The translations under genes were made by a program, and so were the position numbers. Of a DNA stretch of 64,000 nucleotides, positions 43,638 through 58,955 are shown one piece after another. The stretch is from Octopus vulgaris (taxonomy: Eukaryota). Location of the stretch: contig OX597823.1 in assembly GCA_951406725.2 (NCBI GenBank), positions 81,530,001-81,594,000 on the forward strand. The letters run 5' to 3'. Below the pieces are notes generated by a model. That model did not search any database. It saw only the letters and a program-made list of their open reading frames with translations, and was not told where the DNA came from. Position 1 is the stretch's first letter. The number at the start of each line of letters is the position of its first letter.

Positions 43638-43866
43638 TTAAACCTCTTAGCATTTAAACCAGCTACAAATGTCCTAAATGTTCTACCTGTTTTATGTTCA
43701 AACCAGCCAGATCCAGCCACTCACACCAATCCTACAATGCCATTCTAAAAACGAGCAATCACATAACCAAAATCTCAAAGCTATGAGACAATGCATGATT
43801 AATTTATAACAATGTGAATAAATAAACATTACATTTGACAGAATAATCTGAATGCTAAAGGTTTAA
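43638..43866. mobile_element. piggyBac-like MITE
   Basis: Ends TTTAAACCTCTTAGCATT / AATGCTAAAGGTTTAA with TTAA-like flanks. Confidence 0.6.
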
Positions 43867-44829
43867 ATAGATTTAATATATAAACTCAAGCATTATGAGT
43901 AAGAAATTCATAAAATCCATCCTCGTTACCAGTAATATTTCTATATATGTCGCATCTTCCACCATTAACACATCTTTAGTTTCATCATCATTGCAATCAT
44001 CTTCATGACCATCATTATTATCATGATTTTTCCATATCGTTTATATTGAAAGAGAAATTGAAAAGAAGAAATGTATTTAGCAAAACTTCAGTAAAAAAAC
44101 GATAATAACTTGTTTTTAATGTATGTAAATAGCACAGAAGAAAGAATGTTCAATGAAGAATCTGTTTTGTTTTGATTTTAAAATAATCTGTTTTTATTGG
44201 ATACAATGCCTGTCCTACGAAGATGCAAAGCTTGCCCATTGTATTGATATATTTATTCTCAACTGTAGATGTGAGCAATTTCTCAATAATTTTTAATGGT
44301 TTATATCTGCACAAAAATGTTATGATGTGCAAACTTTTCCCAGTGACAAAAATAATGGAAAAAGAAAAAAAAGGAAAAGGAAAAAAAATTGCATGAAACT
44401 GAAAAAATAATAAAATTTTGGTTGTGTATTTCATTTTTGGTTTATGAATTATATATACACATACATACACACACACATACATACATACATACATACATAC
44501 ATACATACATACATACATACGTGTGTATGTGCATATGTATGTGCATATATATATATATATAAATATAAAGCAACGTTTAATATATGTATATATATATATT
44601 TATCATTATTATCATCATATATGTATATGCATATAAATATCATGATATATATGTGTGTGTGTGTGTGTGTCTAAATGTTTATAAAATCACACAGACACAC
44701 ACTCATACATATATGAGTGTGTACATATATGTATATATATGTGTATATATATATGTATGTATATGTGTGTCTATATATATCTGTGTGTGTGTATGTATAT
44801 ATATATACACACACACATATATGGATGAG

Positions 44830-44871
<42 letters not shown>

Positions 44872-45536
44872 TATATATATATATTATAGGTATAATGTTT
44901 TGTTTGAAAAACCTTGTTTTAAAGATACAATGAAATCTATGACCCATGCATATATTTTGGACAAATGTATTAGTTTTTGGCATTATTATCATCTTTTTGT
45001 TTTATTTTATGCACAATTTAATCTCTTTTGTGTCTTGATTGTATAACATATATGCATGCACAGGTGAAGACAGCTTAAAGAGAATACTGGTTGTGAGTAA
45101 AACTATTTCCAAATATTGTATCAAACTCATAGGCAAATGACCTGAAAAATATTCTACTTAATAACTCAACTGTTTATTTCTGTTTTCTGTTTTTATTTGC
45201 TTTCATTTTTTTTTTGTTTTTGTTTTATACCTCATTTTTATCAGAGAGTATGTGTTGCACTGGTGGCCATCATAGCTTCAGGTCATCACAGTTGAGAGAT
45301 ATTTGTTCTACCATCTCTCACACCTGAGTCAAATGATTATTCATACACAAGTCTTTTTTAATCATAGCTGAACTCTTTGGCTGCTGTTTATAATTCACTG
45401 TATTTGTTGTTGTTGTTGTTGTTTGCCTTAGCTCAGCTCTGCTTATGCAGACATGTCAAAGGTGTTCCAGCCATGACCATCCCGCCTCTAAATACACACA
45501 CACACACACATATATATGTATATATATGTATATATA

Positions 45537-45723
45537 TCTGTAAATGTAATATGTGACAATTATTCGGTAGTCATAATAAAACTCAGAGTTTCGGATGTCG
45601 GGGTGGAAACTCGGAGTTTTATCATGGCTACCGAATAATTGTCACATATTACATTTACAGATAAATTCTGCTATTTACATAATATCGAGGTCTCTTTCAT
45701 TCTTTTGTTGTCTTACCATTTCT
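45537..45723. mobile_element. Fold-back truncated copy of family B (3' half of HHR, inverted)
   Basis: Arms 45537-45592 and 45606-45662 are near-perfect inverted repeats. Spacer ggatgtcggggtg is the reverse complement of the stem II 3' strand at 22435-22447. Flanked by (TA)n. Confidence 0.8.
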
Positions 45724-45727
45724 ATCA

Positions 45728-45765
<38 letters not shown>

Positions 45766-46377
45766 ATATACACACACACACACACAAATATATATTACGC
45801 ACACACTCACATGTATATGTATGTATATAAGGACTACTTGGTTCAATGTGCCCTTCTGTTTTTTCATGTGATAAGATGTTATTTGAGAGAAATTTGTGTG
45901 CTATTTCTAGCTAGACAAGTAAACATGTAGAAGCCCTCTTATCAGCTTAGTATGTTGCTCTTTGCTTTCATCAAATACTCTTGTTTATTGGGAAATATTT
46001 GAACCCTGTTCCTCTGATGGACCTCCTGATCCTGCAATTAGAAGCTATATTTTATGGTTAATATTTTTGGTGCCAAGAAACCCCAAAACAACCCCCAAAA
46101 AATATCTTCAGAAAATGTCTACTCACTGAAAATGTTTGTTTTTGTTCTATTCCATAACATTCTATAAAGTAAGATGTGTGGGTTTAGTTAACTATTTATT
46201 GTATACCTAAGCACTTTTGTTATGCCATGGGTATACTTGTCTGGTATAAAATGGTATTACACAAATAAATAGTTGGATGGGGTTGTCTAAAAGTAACCTA
46301 CTGCAGAGATGTATGTTAAGACAAAATGCACTCTGTACTACTTGAACATAGCTATGATACTCAGTATTCACTGTTCA

Positions 46378-46801
46378 GTGGAGTCACATAGCCTAGTGGT
46401 TAGAGTAGCGGACTCACGGTTGAGGGATTGCGGGTTCGAATCTCAGACCAGGTGATGTTTTGTTATGCCATGGGTATACTTGTCTGGTATAAAATGGTAT
46501 TACACAAATAAATAGTTGGATGGGGTTGTCTAAAAGTAACCTATCACAGAGATGTATGTTAACACAAAATGTGTTTATGGGTGAAACACCTAAGCTCCAT
46601 GCTGCTCCGGCAGAAGGTAATGGCGAACTTCTGCTGATCCTTTTGGCACAACATTCTTTCACTCTTTCCTCCTGCATCTAGCAGCTCACCTGTGATAGAC
46701 TGGTGTCCCGTCCAGGTGGGGAACCTATACACCAATGAAACCGGGAAACCGGTCCTTATGAGCCAGACATGGCTTGAGAAGAAACAAACAACAGCAACAA
46801 C
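46378..46801 (+). mobile_element. tRNA-derived SINE family 4 with 12-bp TSD
   Basis: A box TAGCCTAGTGG, B box GGTTCGAATCT, (AAC)n tail; TSD ATTCACTGTTCA (46366) / ATTCACTGTACA (46802). Confidence 0.8.
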
Positions 46802-47071
46802 ATTCACTGTACAACTACTGACTGTTAAACCAACACATGTCAAACTACGTGGTTAACCAGCACGGTTGAACTAAAACTCATCAACTACCCCTTTGATAAT
46901 TCACTCTGTTCTTATTTATTGTAATTCATCCCTATGTGACCTTCAGTCACATAGAGATGTTCAGGATTCTAAGCTCACTCTTATTTTATATTATTCCAAT
47001 GGATCAACAGTGGAAGCACAATGGCCCAGTAGTTATAGCAGCAGACTTGCAGTTGTGCGTGTTTATTGAGT

Positions 47072-47346
47072 GAAAACACCTATGTGTCTAACACACGTGG
47101 ACATGCCTACAAAGTCAGAAAACAACACAGCTCCCATGACTTTCGGAAACATTTTTTCACGCTCAGAGTTGCTGAAGCATGGAATAAACTGCCTGCGTCA
47201 GTTGTTGACTGCCATGACACTGCATCCTTTAAGGCCCTCATGCTTTCCGAAATCCGCCGAAACTACACCTGATTATATATACACTTTAGATGAGTTGTAG
47301 TGCACCTGAGCACTGTACACAATTATTATTATTATTATTATTATTT
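47072..47346 (+). mobile_element. CR1 LINE 3' fragment nested in a SINE
   Basis: TRGHAYKVRKQHSSHDFRKHFFTLRVAEAWNKLPASVV (CR1 C-terminus); 3' hairpin agtgc..gcact; (ATT)n tail. Confidence 0.8.
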
Positions 47347-48901
47347 AAAAGCTCCACGAGGCTCCGGCAAGGGGTGGTGGTGACCCCTGTTGCACTCTTT
47401 TGCCCCAACTTTCTCTCACTCTCTCTTCCTGTTTCTTGAGTAACGCTGCGATGGACTGGCGTCCCGTCCAGCTGGGGGGAACACATACGCCACAGAAACC
47501 GGGACACCAGGCCCATGAGCCTGGCTAGGCTTGAAAAGGGCACATAAATAAAATAAAAAATAAAATGGATCAACATTTTTTGAGATTACTTTAAAAGTAG
47601 ATATTGTCATCATCTTCACGCCCCCCTCACCATCACCACTATTATCGCTACCATCATCATCATCATCACCATCAGTTTATGTCTGGTTTCCATGGTGACA
47701 TTTGTTGACAGGATAGTGAAAGAATATTTTCCCCTGATGATTAAATTTTCTATTTAGACAGTTAAATAGTAAGATTATTAAAATAATCTTTATCTTCTGT
47801 CTTTCACTTGTTTCAGTCATTAGACTGCGGCCATGCTGGGGCACTGACTTGAAGAAATTTTAATCAAATGAATTTGAGCCCAGTGCTTATTTTCTATGAA
47901 ACCTGGTACTTATTCCATTAGTTTATTTTGCTGAACTGCTAAGTTGCAGGGACATAAACACACCAACACCAATTGTCAAGCAATAGTAGGAGACAAACAC
48001 TGGTTACTCAAAGGTAGTGAGTGGGCAGAATCATTGGCATGCTGGGTAAAATGCTGCTAAGCATTTGTCCATCTTCACATTCTGAATTCAAATTCCACCA
48101 AGGTAGACTTAGCCTTTCATCCTTTCAGGGTCACTAAAAAAAGCACCAGTTGAGCAATAAAATAAAGCACAGTTGCCTGTGGTCAATGTAATCAACTAGA
48201 CCCCTCCCTTAAATTTTCAGAATTTCTGCCTATAATACAAAGGATTTATATGGTTACTCACCTGCTAGAAATAGCTGTCAAATCTCACTTAAATTACACC
48301 TTACAAACATAAAAATTCAAGGAAGTGCACATTGAATAAAGACAGTCATAGCTACTCTATTTGTAAATAACTGACAGGATGTAAACCATTTTGATACTAA
48401 CCCCTTTGGGGCCACTCCTGGTTCTGTAATACAAATTTATTGTTTTAAAATGATCTGACTTAAAATCTTCCACCAAAAATTTTATGTTAATTTGTGCTGA
48501 ATGATAAGGGCAAAGTTATTTTAATAAATTCGTTATTATTTCCAAAATTAATAGACACAATGGATGTTTATTTCAACAGAAATATAAAAAAAACGATCAA
48601 ATATCTTCGATCAGAAATGTACTTCAGGGTGGATCTGGAGCTAAATGACACCAACAATAATAATAATAAAAAAAATTTTTAAACATTTATCCATGTTGTT
48701 TTCATATTTGTTCTGAAGTAGCACTGGTCTATAAATGTTTCTGCTTTTATACAGTGGCCCAAACATAAATACTGGGATTTTGTGAAAAGAAAAAATTCAA
48801 ATATTTGATATAGAAATGTTTGAAATTTGTTACAAGAGTGAGTTTGGCTCCGAGGTTGAACATAATATCTATTGAAGCATGAGAGTATTGGAATATCTTT
48901 A

Positions 48902-48941
<40 letters not shown>

Positions 48942-49199
48942 TCTTATCTTATATGTATTGCAATACATTTTTGCTATATACTACAACACATACATACAAA
49001 AAAAAAGAGGAGAAAATCGATAGGAATATTACAATATCTGAAAGCTGTCATGTCTCAGAAATATTGTATTTGTCTCTATTTTATGTAACTGTTTCCAATA
49101 GAGAATACAAAAACGAAGAAATTTCTGGTTGGTCATTTTTTCATGCTAGAAATAACAGTCAAATATCTTGCTTTGATTGCACCCTACTGTTTTAAGAAA

Positions 49200-49596
49200 T
49201 ACTCTTTACTCTCTCTTTTACTTGTTTTAGTCATTTGACTGTGGTCATGCTGGAGCACCGCCTGTAGTCAAGCAAATTGACCCCAGGACTTATTCTTTGT
49301 AAGCCTTGTACTTATTCTATCAGTCTCTTTTGCTGAAACACTAAGTTACAAGGATGTAAACACACCAGCATTGATTGTCAAGCAATGATGGGGGGACAAA
49401 CACAGACACACAAACATATACATGCACATATATATACAAATATACAACGGACTTCTTTCAGTTTCTGTCTACCAAATCCACTCACAAGGCTTTCGTTAGC
49501 CCGAGGCTATAGTAGAAGACACTTGCCCAGTGGGACTGAACCCGGAACCATGTAGTTTGTAAGCAAGCTACTTACCACACAGCTACTCCTACACCT
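49200..49596 (-). mobile_element. SINE family 1
   Basis: Copy with a small internal deletion. Confidence 0.8.
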
Positions 49597-50995
49597 ATAA
49601 ATATAGAATATTGGATAATGTGATTCTAGATAAACTGTTTCTAAAAAAAAAAAAGACAGGATAGTCATGGCTGGCATGATTGTTGACCATGCTAACTGCA
49701 ATCATCCTGCCTTTATGATTCTTGGTCATTGATCTGCTTGATCAAAGCTGACTTGGAACTAAACAATAATAAAAACAATAATGAAGTGGTCTTTGTCGGA
49801 CCACTAAACCTGCTAGAAATATCAGCCAAGTCTCTTTAAAATTACTTCACTACCAGTGCCATAAAATGGGAGGACACATCAAATAACGTAGTCTAAGATG
49901 CTTCTAAAATGATGATATGATCGAGGTTGGAGTGTATTGGGATCATAGGTATGCTGACATAGGGCTAAACAATATGGCGGATGTCATGGTTGGCTGGTCT
50001 TTGATCATAGATCTGCTGAATCTAGACTGTTCGGGGCTAAACAAAAGCAACAACAAAAAATTTGTTGCTTGAAAAATACAACTTTAACCTTCAGCATGCT
50101 GTAGACACATCATGTTGCCATATGAGTTTTCTCCCTGTAGCCTGGAGCTGAGGGAAGATAACTTGTATAGCACCATGATGCACCTAAGCATGTTAAAAGT
50201 TAATTAATTCATTCCAACTTGACAAAGCTTTTTGCTCATATGTTAGAATAACAAATATACCATTTGCTATTGTAATATAAGAGCAACCAGCTCTTAGCAG
50301 TCATGAAAAACAGCTGAGTATATGTAGTTGATGAAGTGCAACAATACAGAAATGCATGCATTCTACTGTCTGGTAACATCATTCATGGCCTATTAATGTA
50401 TCTACACCCATACATTCTACAAGGAGGATTCCTTCTCTTGAGATAGCTAGTGCAGTGTATTGTCTAGCCATATCTGATTGTAAATGAAGACTGTACATAA
50501 CTATAATTCATTCAGCACAGCTTAGTGTGCCTCTAATTTTTAATTACATTTCTTTGATAATAAAGATCACTAATGGTACTTGTGTGGTTATCTGTATGGT
50601 TCAAGCCACTGTTGTTCTTGTTATGGAGTGGAGTTCTGCCACATGACAACCAAGGTCGTCTGTTTCTAAACATACAAAACTAACTTATAGTCTTCTTTGA
50701 ATATAACTAATTAGTAGAGCTATTCTGTCAAATTTAATTAACTGATTTTTTTCCCTGCATAGCTACATCTTAAAAAGAAAAAATTGGTTTGGATTGTCTC
50801 ACTTTCTTTTTCACTTTCTCATTACAGGGAAAAAATATCAAAATAATTAAAAAGGAAATTGATTGAATGCTATTTTTTTCAATATTTAACTTTAAAGAAT
50901 TATTTTTAGCATTATGTCAAAAACTTGATCAAAAGAGATGAAAGGATTACCTCCCTTCGACATCAAATAAATAAAAATGCAAAACTTCATTTAAG

Positions 50996-51082
<87 letters not shown>

Positions 51083-51309
51083 CAATGGGTGATTAATTCA
51101 AAAGAAGTTATGTCTGGCCATTTAGAATAAAGAAATGAAAGATGTGTCTGAGAGCAAATAAACATTTAATCCATAATTGTTAGTCTGCCAAAATATATTT
51201 TATCAGACTAGCAATTATAGTGGATTAAATACATATATATATACATACATATATATACATATATATTCCTATTTAAATACAAATTTACATAGATATACTT
51301 TTCATACAC

Positions 51310-51358
<49 letters not shown>

Positions 51359-52519
51359 CATATGTGTATGGATGTGTTAACACATCTAGAGAAACAGAAA
51401 ATCTGGCAACATAATTTTTGCATGCTTTAAAAAAATGTATTATTATTATTATTATTGTTTTTCCTGACTGCTGATCACATAAATGTGAATTCTGCAGGGT
51501 TTCTTCATTTTCATTTTCATATTTTCATATATTATCTAACTTTAATCTGGTGATATTGACAGTGTTAAGATTCTTCTCATGGATGAATAGTTTTGAAATA
51601 AAACCATAAGTGTTGGACCACATATTCCTTTATCCTACAAGATCTATATTACTGATAAGATTTTGTTATTTATTTCATATAGATATTATTTGGTGTGTGT
51701 ATGTGTGTGTGTGTGTTTCACATGGAGTAGCCCCTGAGTTTTCTGTCCCTTGTCCCCTCCATGTATTTCAATGTAGCTTATACAGGTTTATACAGCAGAC
51801 CCAAAAGCACCCCTTCAATAGCAGCATTGCTTGGGACAAATTGATACCACTTCCTGATCCTAGATATGCTGCTATTAACTTTGGTTGTAATTTTGTATAT
51901 ATAAAACAACGACAGAAAGTGAATCTTTGGTGAGCTTAACAATAAGCCTTTTAACCTAATTTATGGTTGGCTTCTTAAATGTGTTTTTATTGTTATGTGT
52001 TATGCTTGAAACTGTTATGTTTAGTACAAGAAATATTTTCTTGAATTTTAGTTGTTCCATTCCATATAAATCTGATTAAGAAATGTGAAGTTATATTCTC
52101 AACAAATTTCTTTTGTAAATCCAGTTACTATATAAATATTTTCGAATATTTCTAAACAATAAAATAAATAAATCTGTCATATTTTAATACACTTCCAAAG
52201 ATATTAAGTTGTGATCTATGATTCATCTAGTAGCTATGCATAAATCAGTATTGAATATTGGTTCTGGATATGATAAGCTATAGAAATAAAGGTTATGTAA
52301 AATCTGAAAGAAGAGATTAGTTATGTTTTGGAAAGAGTCTATTCAATATAAGATGTTTAAAGTCATATAAGATTATACATGTTTGTGTGTCACAAGGAAA
52401 AGGTAAGATCTAAGTCTGTGAGATTCTACCTGTCATCAGAATTCTTCTCCTGAGGTTCTTTCATAATGTAAAGCACTGGCTAAAATGGTGGAATTTCCTT
52501 CTCTTCATGATGCATAACA

Positions 52520-52561
<42 letters not shown>

Positions 52562-52870
52562 CATTCTTTATATTTTATTATGACAGTCCACCTGAAATAT
52601 ATATGTGTGTATGTGTGTATATACACACGTGCACACAGGTGTCTGTGTATATATTCCATACTTGATGACATATATGATGCGCATTTTTTTCTCAAAAAAT
52701 ATCTAAAAAGTCAATCCAGATCCTTTATGTAAAGTTGGGCCTATATTACAAGCTTTAATGCACTAAAACCATGTGTGTGTGTGCATATATATATAAGTAC
52801 ACACACACATATACAAATATATATATATATATATGTATGTGTATATATACATGCATACATATATATATAC

Positions 52871-52935
<65 letters not shown>

Positions 52936-53231
52936 TACACACACACACACATATAAATATAAATATATGTATATGTAGAGTGTTAGGTATGATGTACAAA
53001 ATTGAATATTGAAAAAAGTCATCAGAATTTTGGAAAGAACTTTTTTTTGAGAGTAAAGATAGTATATCTTCATTTTCATATAAATATATGTATATATACA
53101 TATACACTCACATATATATATATACACACATATATACATATATATATACATAGATGTATTTACATGTATATATTGTACATATATACATATATATACATAT
53201 ACATACATACATACATACATACATACACACA

Positions 53232-53281
<50 letters not shown>

Positions 53282-53837
53282 CTGTGTGTGTATGTATGTA
53301 TGTATGTATGTTACTATTATTGGTCTTTTGTTAAGAACTGTAGAAATAGATATGCTGCATTCGTTTCTACAAACTGTTGACTGGAACATGATATGACTAC
53401 ATTACAGAAGTCATAGAAACTGATAAAGCTGTAGTATGTGGTTTATTTATTTATCTTATACTTTTTGTTTTTTCGTCTTGGCCATTTATCATCAGTAGCA
53501 GCAACAACAACAGTATAATTATCTTGAAGGTAAATTAACAATCGCCTGGTCTGTTCATAAAGAATGGCATGAGATAATTACCTTAAATAAAAAATTAAAA
53601 AACATTTTTTTAAAAAACCATTAGAAGATAAGGATGCTATCTGTTTTTTTCCAGATAGCTATTCAGTATTCAACTGTTTTGTATTTACCTAGAAGAGTAG
53701 CTAGGCTTTGAGCTTTAGACAAACATTTGGTTTCTGACTGTTAGTGGAGCTTAGTGCTTGAGTGTTTTTTATTTTCAAATTAAAGAAAGAAGTTATATGC
53801 ATTTATATATATGTATATAAATATGTATATATATATG

Positions 53838-53891
<54 letters not shown>

Positions 53892-53902
53892 GTATGTATA
53901 TG

Positions 53903-53941
<39 letters not shown>

Positions 53942-53985
53942 CATATGTATGTATATATATATATAAGCATATATATGTATGTATG

Positions 53986-54027
<42 letters not shown>

Positions 54028-54076
54028 CATATATATAAGTGTATATATAAATACATATATATCAAAAAGACTTCTG

Positions 54077-54109
<33 letters not shown>

Positions 54110-56211
54110 TATGTGTGTGTTATGTTCTATGTGGTTCCAAATGGTCTAAAATTGGTAAAATATGAATTTGACTACAATATTTTTCATTAACATTGGTGAA
54201 CATATTGCATTATATTTGATTCGGCCATTTCATCTTCTGTTGATTGCATTGTGTAGTGCATTTCTGATGTTATAATTATCTCTAAAGTTCTTCAATGCTA
54301 ACACAATAAATTTTCTGAATGGCTTTTGTCCGATTCACAGAATTAAAGCTATTGTTAGCAATCCCCACCCAATTTAGTTCTAGTTAATTGAACCCATAAC
54401 ATAAAAATAGACTATAAAATGTTTGAGCATTGCCTCACAACCACCACCATTTTAAGTCTTGGAAATGGGGGTTTTTTTTTTTTTTTTTTTTTTTTTTGTT
54501 TTTTCACACAATTATTAGATTAGACTTGATAGCATGACTATATATTATTCACTTAACGGCAAGAAGAGAAGCTCTCAAATTTAAACAATGCCGCTGGTTG
54601 CATTGTACAACCAGAAATATAATTTTCTATCATGGTTTTTTTTTTATTGTATTGATTATATCATAATATTTAAATGGTTCCTTGTAATGAATGTCTACAT
54701 ATTGATGTAAAAACTAGTACCATGTCTTGTTTAGTAGAGTAATGTGTACAAATATAAAGTTTTATAAACTGAATCGGAGTTCTTAATGCTTGCTTTCTAT
54801 AATAATTGAACCATGGATGTTTAAAAATCTTAGTGTCATTCAGTTTATTCTGCTTTGATGAAATTTAGATAAAATATTTATTTTTGACTTAAAAAGAAAA
54901 AAGATAAACCATTTCATCTGAGTTCCTTAGTATTGCCAAAATGTGAAAATTAATTTGCAATATTTGTGAACAATTATCAAAATGCAACTGCTTGTAGTTC
55001 TAAAATAAGTTTCTCTCAGTTCTTATATAATTGTTAGTAACTTCCTGTAGCATATTTGCGGAGAGAGTTGACTCAGACATGTCCAGATCAATACTAATTA
55101 AAATTTATAAATTGTATTATCATCCTATTTTGAACAATAAGATTTCAGATTGATTTTGTAATTCTGTGGAGAAAAAAAAAAAGTTATCTATGTAATGTTT
55201 TGTGACAAATTTTAATTCATGATTGTAAAACTTTTTCAATGCACTGATATTATTTTTTGAAATATTTATTCTTGTGTTGTTTTTCATTGAGATGCAAAAA
55301 GTATTTTTTAGTCAATTATGGAAGGAAGTTAATTAAAATGAAAAAGAAGAAAAAATAAAAATAAAATACTTTTACATCACTATGGAGAGTCTTGGTGATC
55401 TCAGAGTTCAGTTGTGGCAACAAAATGTTACATAATCCAATAGAACACCAATGAAAGATTCACCTTTATGTAATAATTCAAGAACGGATACACCAGAATG
55501 GTTTTTTGTTCTTATTTCAGAGTAGCAGAAGCAGGATTAAAGCTCATCACTGCCAGCTAATTAAGCACTCGTTAGTTATACAGTGCCTCTTCACTTAACA
55601 GCAGTGAACCGTACTTCACCATGGTACCTATCTTTAGCTATATAAGTTGGGCCTTTAAGAATTAAGGAAGTTTTTCACACACTGATGCTGATGATGGCAT
55701 ATTATTCCTAAATTTTCAGTTCTTTAAATCAGCCCACCGGAATCTAATGACTTTGGCCTGCAAGAACTTTTAAGATACAGAACAGTTATAATAGAGTCTA
55801 TATGCTCAGACCTACTGTAAAAGATTACATCGTGATCCCCAGACAAGGCATATTACTCTACATGCCCTTATTCTCTTCAGTAGGGAATGGTAAATTATTC
55901 TCTATTTGAAAAATTGATAAAAAAGCCTTAGAATTCACTTATATCACAGTCCTGCCAATAACAGAGGATAATGTACTGGTGGTCTTTCTTATGCTAAGTT
56001 AGACCTCATGGTGTAAAAAACAGTTTCTTATTACTGTCAGAGTATTATGAGCTAGAAATGTCAACCATCCCAATTACTCAATTAACAAACTTGTCTAATT
56101 ATTATTGTAATCTAGTGCCATTTACTTATGCCAATATTAAAATTTTCGTAACCACCCATACATGCTAGCATGAAAGAAACAAAAAACATGTTAAAATGTT
56201 TCTTTATTCAC

Positions 56212-56251
<40 letters not shown>

Positions 56252-57447
56252 CACATGCATGCAAATATATATATGCACATATATATATGTATATATACAT
56301 ACGTTTATATATATATGCAACAATATATATGTATGTATTTATGCATGTATGTGTATATATATGTGTATAAATTTATATATATATATAAATATATATATGT
56401 ATATGCATACATACATATATTTATTTTGGTCTTTACCCACATTATATTTTAAGCCTTATATTTGAAAACGAAAGTCAAATTGAACTTAATACATTTGTCC
56501 CTATCTCCAGTCAAGGAGACCCTGAAATGCACTGCACTGCTCCTGATCTTCAGACTGATTGGTTAAAAAACAAAATTCACAATTTATATGTAATTAAAGT
56601 TGATATTAACCATTTTTAATTTATTTCAGTCCATTTAAATTAAAATATAACTTTGTGAATGAGCTATTGTAATATAATGTTTTATTATATATATATATGT
56701 AATATAATATATATATTTTTAAATTATTCTGTTTTAATAAATTTCATTCTATTGCTTTTTGAAATGATCAATGTGTTTTATTCAGAATCTTTTTTACTTT
56801 TGTAATATTTTTCTTTATTTTTTTCCATTTATTTTTCTTCTTCTTCTTACTCTGTATTTTCAATCATAGAAATGTTTTATTCAAAGTCATTTTAAAATTA
56901 TCACACGGAATGTTATGATTGAATAATGAAGAGCAAGCTTTATTGAGCTGTCATAATTATTATTATCCAACAATTGACTGACAATTTAAAAAAGATCCGT
57001 AAGAACTAAAAACTCCTGAACTAAGAACTTCAATTATAAAAAAAAACAAAAAAACTGAGTACAAAACACATTGTGCATGTATAATATCTCTTTGTTTCTT
57101 TTCTGTTTGAGCAAAACATCCAATATCATTTGTTGTAAATATAATAAAGTTTGATAAGATGAAGTTGTGAAATAAACAAACCTGTGAACTGGCAAAGACC
57201 AAAGAAAATGTAGTTGTATGGATTTATATCTATATATTTTGCCTCATCTTTCTTTCTTTTTTCTCTTTTACTATATAAATGAAATTTTGTAAAACTTGTT
57301 TATGTTGAGAATAATTCTACAGTTATTATATAATTTAAAGATTTTTTTTCTTTTTAAAGTGTCACATTAAATGTTACGTACAAGCATTTCCCTTACATAT
57401 GCATCTATATTGTAAATGTCTGTTTATGTGTGTGTATATATACAAGA

Positions 57448-57487
<40 letters not shown>

Positions 57488-58084
57488 CATATATGTATGT
57501 ATATACATATATATGTATATGTTTATGTCATAAGAATTTAGAAGTTTTGAGTGATATGAATAAATTGTTTTTAATAATAGAACCTAATAATAGAAAAGTA
57601 GATAGAACTTTGAACAAAAGCATGTAGAATATTGAGTTAAATCCCTTGGATGAGAAAAAATGGCAAAAGCTGCTCATGGGACTCAATCCCACATCTTCTG
57701 TAAGCATGCTAAAAGTTCTACCAGATGTTCTAAATTCTTATGATGATAATATAATACTATTCTTGCTGGTAAGAACAATACTTCTAATATGGAGAAAATT
57801 TGAACTGTTACTTTGGTATAATGATAGAATGCTTTCTTGTTTACAGAAAATGTGAGTTCAAGTCTCACAGTCAGCTTTTAACTTTTTCCATCCAAAGGAC
57901 TTTTGAAACAACATTCTACATCCTATTATAGCTTTATCTACTTCAAGTTCACTGTTAAAGCCATATTATATATGTATGTATATATGTATACATATATATG
58001 TATATACATATATATATATATACATATACATATATATATATATATATACATACATATACATATATACATACATATACATATATA

Positions 58085-58236
58085 CGGCAGGAGGTGCAGA
58101 TGAGGGCAGCTGCATCGAACTCTCTCATGCACCAAATGACAATTGCTAAAAAGCATTCCTGAAGTAAAATCATGTAGCAACACCAAATGGCGGTGCCCCA
58201 GCATGGCCACAGCTTGTAAGCTGAAACTAGATAAAT
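58085..58236 (+). mobile_element. Short 3' fragment of the same CR1-group LINE family
   Basis: gagggcagctgcatcgaactctctcatgcaccaaat...caccaaatggcggtgccccagcatggccac matches the reverse complement of 30745-30890; embedded in (TA)n. Confidence 0.85.
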
Positions 58237-58309
58237 ATAAAAAATATATATATATTTACATATAAATATATACATATAAATATATATATACATATATATA
58301 TACATGTAC

Positions 58310-58340
<31 letters not shown>

Positions 58341-58360
58341 ATATATATACATGTACATAT

Positions 58361-58399
<39 letters not shown>

Positions 58400-58401
<2 letters not shown>

Positions 58402-58955
58402 CTACTAATATAGGATGAATTTTTTTTCTACGGAAAAAAATTCCATCAAAAAATGTGGCAGCATATTAAAATACCTGTACGGTTAAAATTATAAACAACT
58501 TATAAGTAAGGGCTAAAGAAAATTATTTCAATGCCAATATACTGATAACAGACTATTAGATCGTCAATTTCCACATATTATCTACCCGCTACAGAAAAAA
58601 ACATGAAGAACTGAAATCGGGGAAGCCGGCTGATAGAATTTTTTTTAAATGTTCGTTATTTCTATTGAATCAATTTCGGAATTAATCTCATAAAAGATTC
58701 TTTCCTCTTCAGTAGAACATACGAAAGGATATAAATAAGAAACTTACATGCGCCCATGGAAAAAAGCCGAAGCAAAACTCATGAGTACATATAAGTACCC
58801 CAGATATATCTAAAAATAAAATTCTTTGGTCAGCCTCAGCACAACGTGTTGACTGTTCTCCACTACAGGTTATAGTGGTTACCAGTCCCTATAGTGAGTA
58901 GTAATAAGTCTACTACTAATATAGGATGAAGTTTTTTTTCTACAGAAAAAAATTC

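Noticed and set aside
45064-45300. Possible small + strand exons (AG at 45063 / GT at 45093; strong acceptor at 45243)
   Set aside because: No recognisable protein similarity, and they lie downstream of the ARL15 stop; RNA data are needed.
46378-46452. tRNA gene
   Set aside because: tRNA-like head continuing into a SINE body with tail and TSD; no complete cloverleaf.
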